Shown here: piece after piece, positions 62,702 through 64,000 of the stretch
How positions within the stretch are numbered: the first letter of the stretch is position 1
How the letters are laid out: each line of letters opens with the position of its first letter
Assembly: GCA_044892525.1 (NCBI GenBank)
Contig: CM097885.1
Coordinates: forward strand, 6,698,001-6,762,000
Direction: 5' to 3'
DNA length: 64,000 nucleotides
From: Schmidtea polychroa
Taxonomy: Eukaryota
The notes under the pieces: model-generated
Databases searched by the model: none
Told to the model about the DNA's origin: nothing
Seen by the model: the letters and a program-made list of their open reading frames with translations, nothing else
Made by a program: the position numbers and the translations under genes

Positions 62702-63960
62702 CTAATCTTTGCAATGAGTTTCTGAACGCATCCTGTAACATTTTGCATTTTGTTTCGTGTAAGAGTGGTGCTGATTTGTGCACTTTTTCCAGTGTTCATG
62801 ATAGTTGCTGGTTTTGCTGTTGACGTGTTTGTTGAGTCTTGTTCTAAGTGTTTCGCCTATGTACGATGCGTTACATTTTGTGCAAGTAATTTGGTAAACG
62901 ATGTTCTTTGAGAAGCAGAAACATTTGGTGGAGGATTGGCATATACCAACGGTGGGCAAATGCGGCTCTTCGTTGAGTAAACTGCGGCTCATTGATAATT
63001 GAATTTTTGATAATTGAATTTGAAAATTGAATTCGATTTTTTTATTTTGAAATTTTTTCAACTGAATTTTTAAAAAAAAATTTTTTGTTGCAATTGTATT
63101 TTCATAAATGTTAAAAATTAACGAAACATTGTACAGCATTCAGTTTAGCTCTCGACGAGTCTACTGACATTCAGGATGTTCCACAATTAGCCGTTTTTGT
63201 CCGCTTTGTATCTTCTGACGTTTAAGTCTTTTTTAATCAAATTAATGAAATAAAAAAAAATATGTAGTTCACTATGGTGGCCATATACAATCTCGATGAA
63301 ATAGGTCTGATGATAGAGATTTTTGAGACTTACGAAGCTGTGATTTCAAAGGTGCATCAGTTATAAAAATTGGGCGAATATGAACTGGCAACACCATATT
63401 GCGAATGTTAGATCTGATTGTGTTACATGTCCTATTGTTTAAAAAAGGGAAGTGTAGGTATATTACTCGCTTATTGACATGTTCATTTTTTGTATTATGC
63501 CTATTAGAGTTATATTTACTCAAGAAGTATTTTTCTACGAACTCCTTTGGGTATCCATTTTGTAAAAACCGTGTTTTAAAGTTTTCTAGGGTTTCTTGTG
63601 TTTTCGTTTTGTCCGAACAGTTCCGTATTGCTCTTTTTCTTTCTTCTAATAATAGAGCGATTTTTCGTTGGAGTGGAACGTTACTTTCCCAAGGAAGAAT
63701 GTGCCCACTGTGTAGACTTTTAGTGAATAAATCTGTCTTGAATGTGAGCGTGTTTGGACCTTCAGAAGGACTTATCATGGTATCTAAGAAAGCAATCTTG
63801 CCTTCTGGGTCAGGTAGCTTCAGAGTGAATTGTACATTAGTGTTAGTGAAGTTTGCATGTGTCAAGATTATAATGAGAGGTACCGTGGAGACTATGAAAA
63901 TATCATCAATGTATCTTGCCACGTTAGGATTTTATCTCCAAAAAATGATCTAATATTTGT
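62702..63960 (-). mobile_element. Penelope-like retroelement fragment (RT thumb + GIY-YIG)
   Basis: RYIDDIF, IAFLD, FLQNGYP, and NIVYQITCTKCNASYIGET.R..RL..H. Interrupted at ~62993-63270. Confidence 0.88.
63139..63222 (+). mobile_element. Charlie-type hAT transposase fragment inside the Penelope
   Basis: FSLALDESTDIQDVPQLAVFVRFV. Confidence 0.75.
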
Positions 63961-64000
63961 TTTTATATGATGCATGTAGAAATGGCTAAAATCGGCGAAA

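Overview
AT-rich eukaryotic (animal) genomic DNA with short (~40-50 nt) GT-AG introns and (AAT)n microsatellites. The paralogous TRAF genes, Penelope elements and intron size suggest a planarian-like flatworm (inference only). The window is a nest of mobile DNA. Its centrepiece is a near-complete ~19 kb Polinton/Maverick (adintovirus-like endogenous virus) at 8088-27126 with ~2.8 kb TIRs. It encodes pPolB, an adenain protease, major capsid, two tandem minor-capsid (penton) paralogues, a chromodomain integrase and a packaging ATPase. It also carries an intact TATA-binding-protein (TBP)-like gene, which is outside the canonical Polinton gene set. Three of its genes (integrase, protease, a candidate SSB missed by the ORF track) contain spliceosomal introns. 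Its pPolB is split by a -1 frameshift present at the identical position in all three related copies in the window. Its ends look like one Polinton terminus capped by a terminus of another lineage. Around it lie three truncated Polintons, a 6.9 kb non-autonomous Polinton derivative with a perfect 6-bp TSD, a young Ty3/Gypsy element with 118-bp identical LTRs, two Penelope elements, hAT remnants, an intact and a broken TRAF gene, coiled-coil exon repeats and an actin pseudogene.
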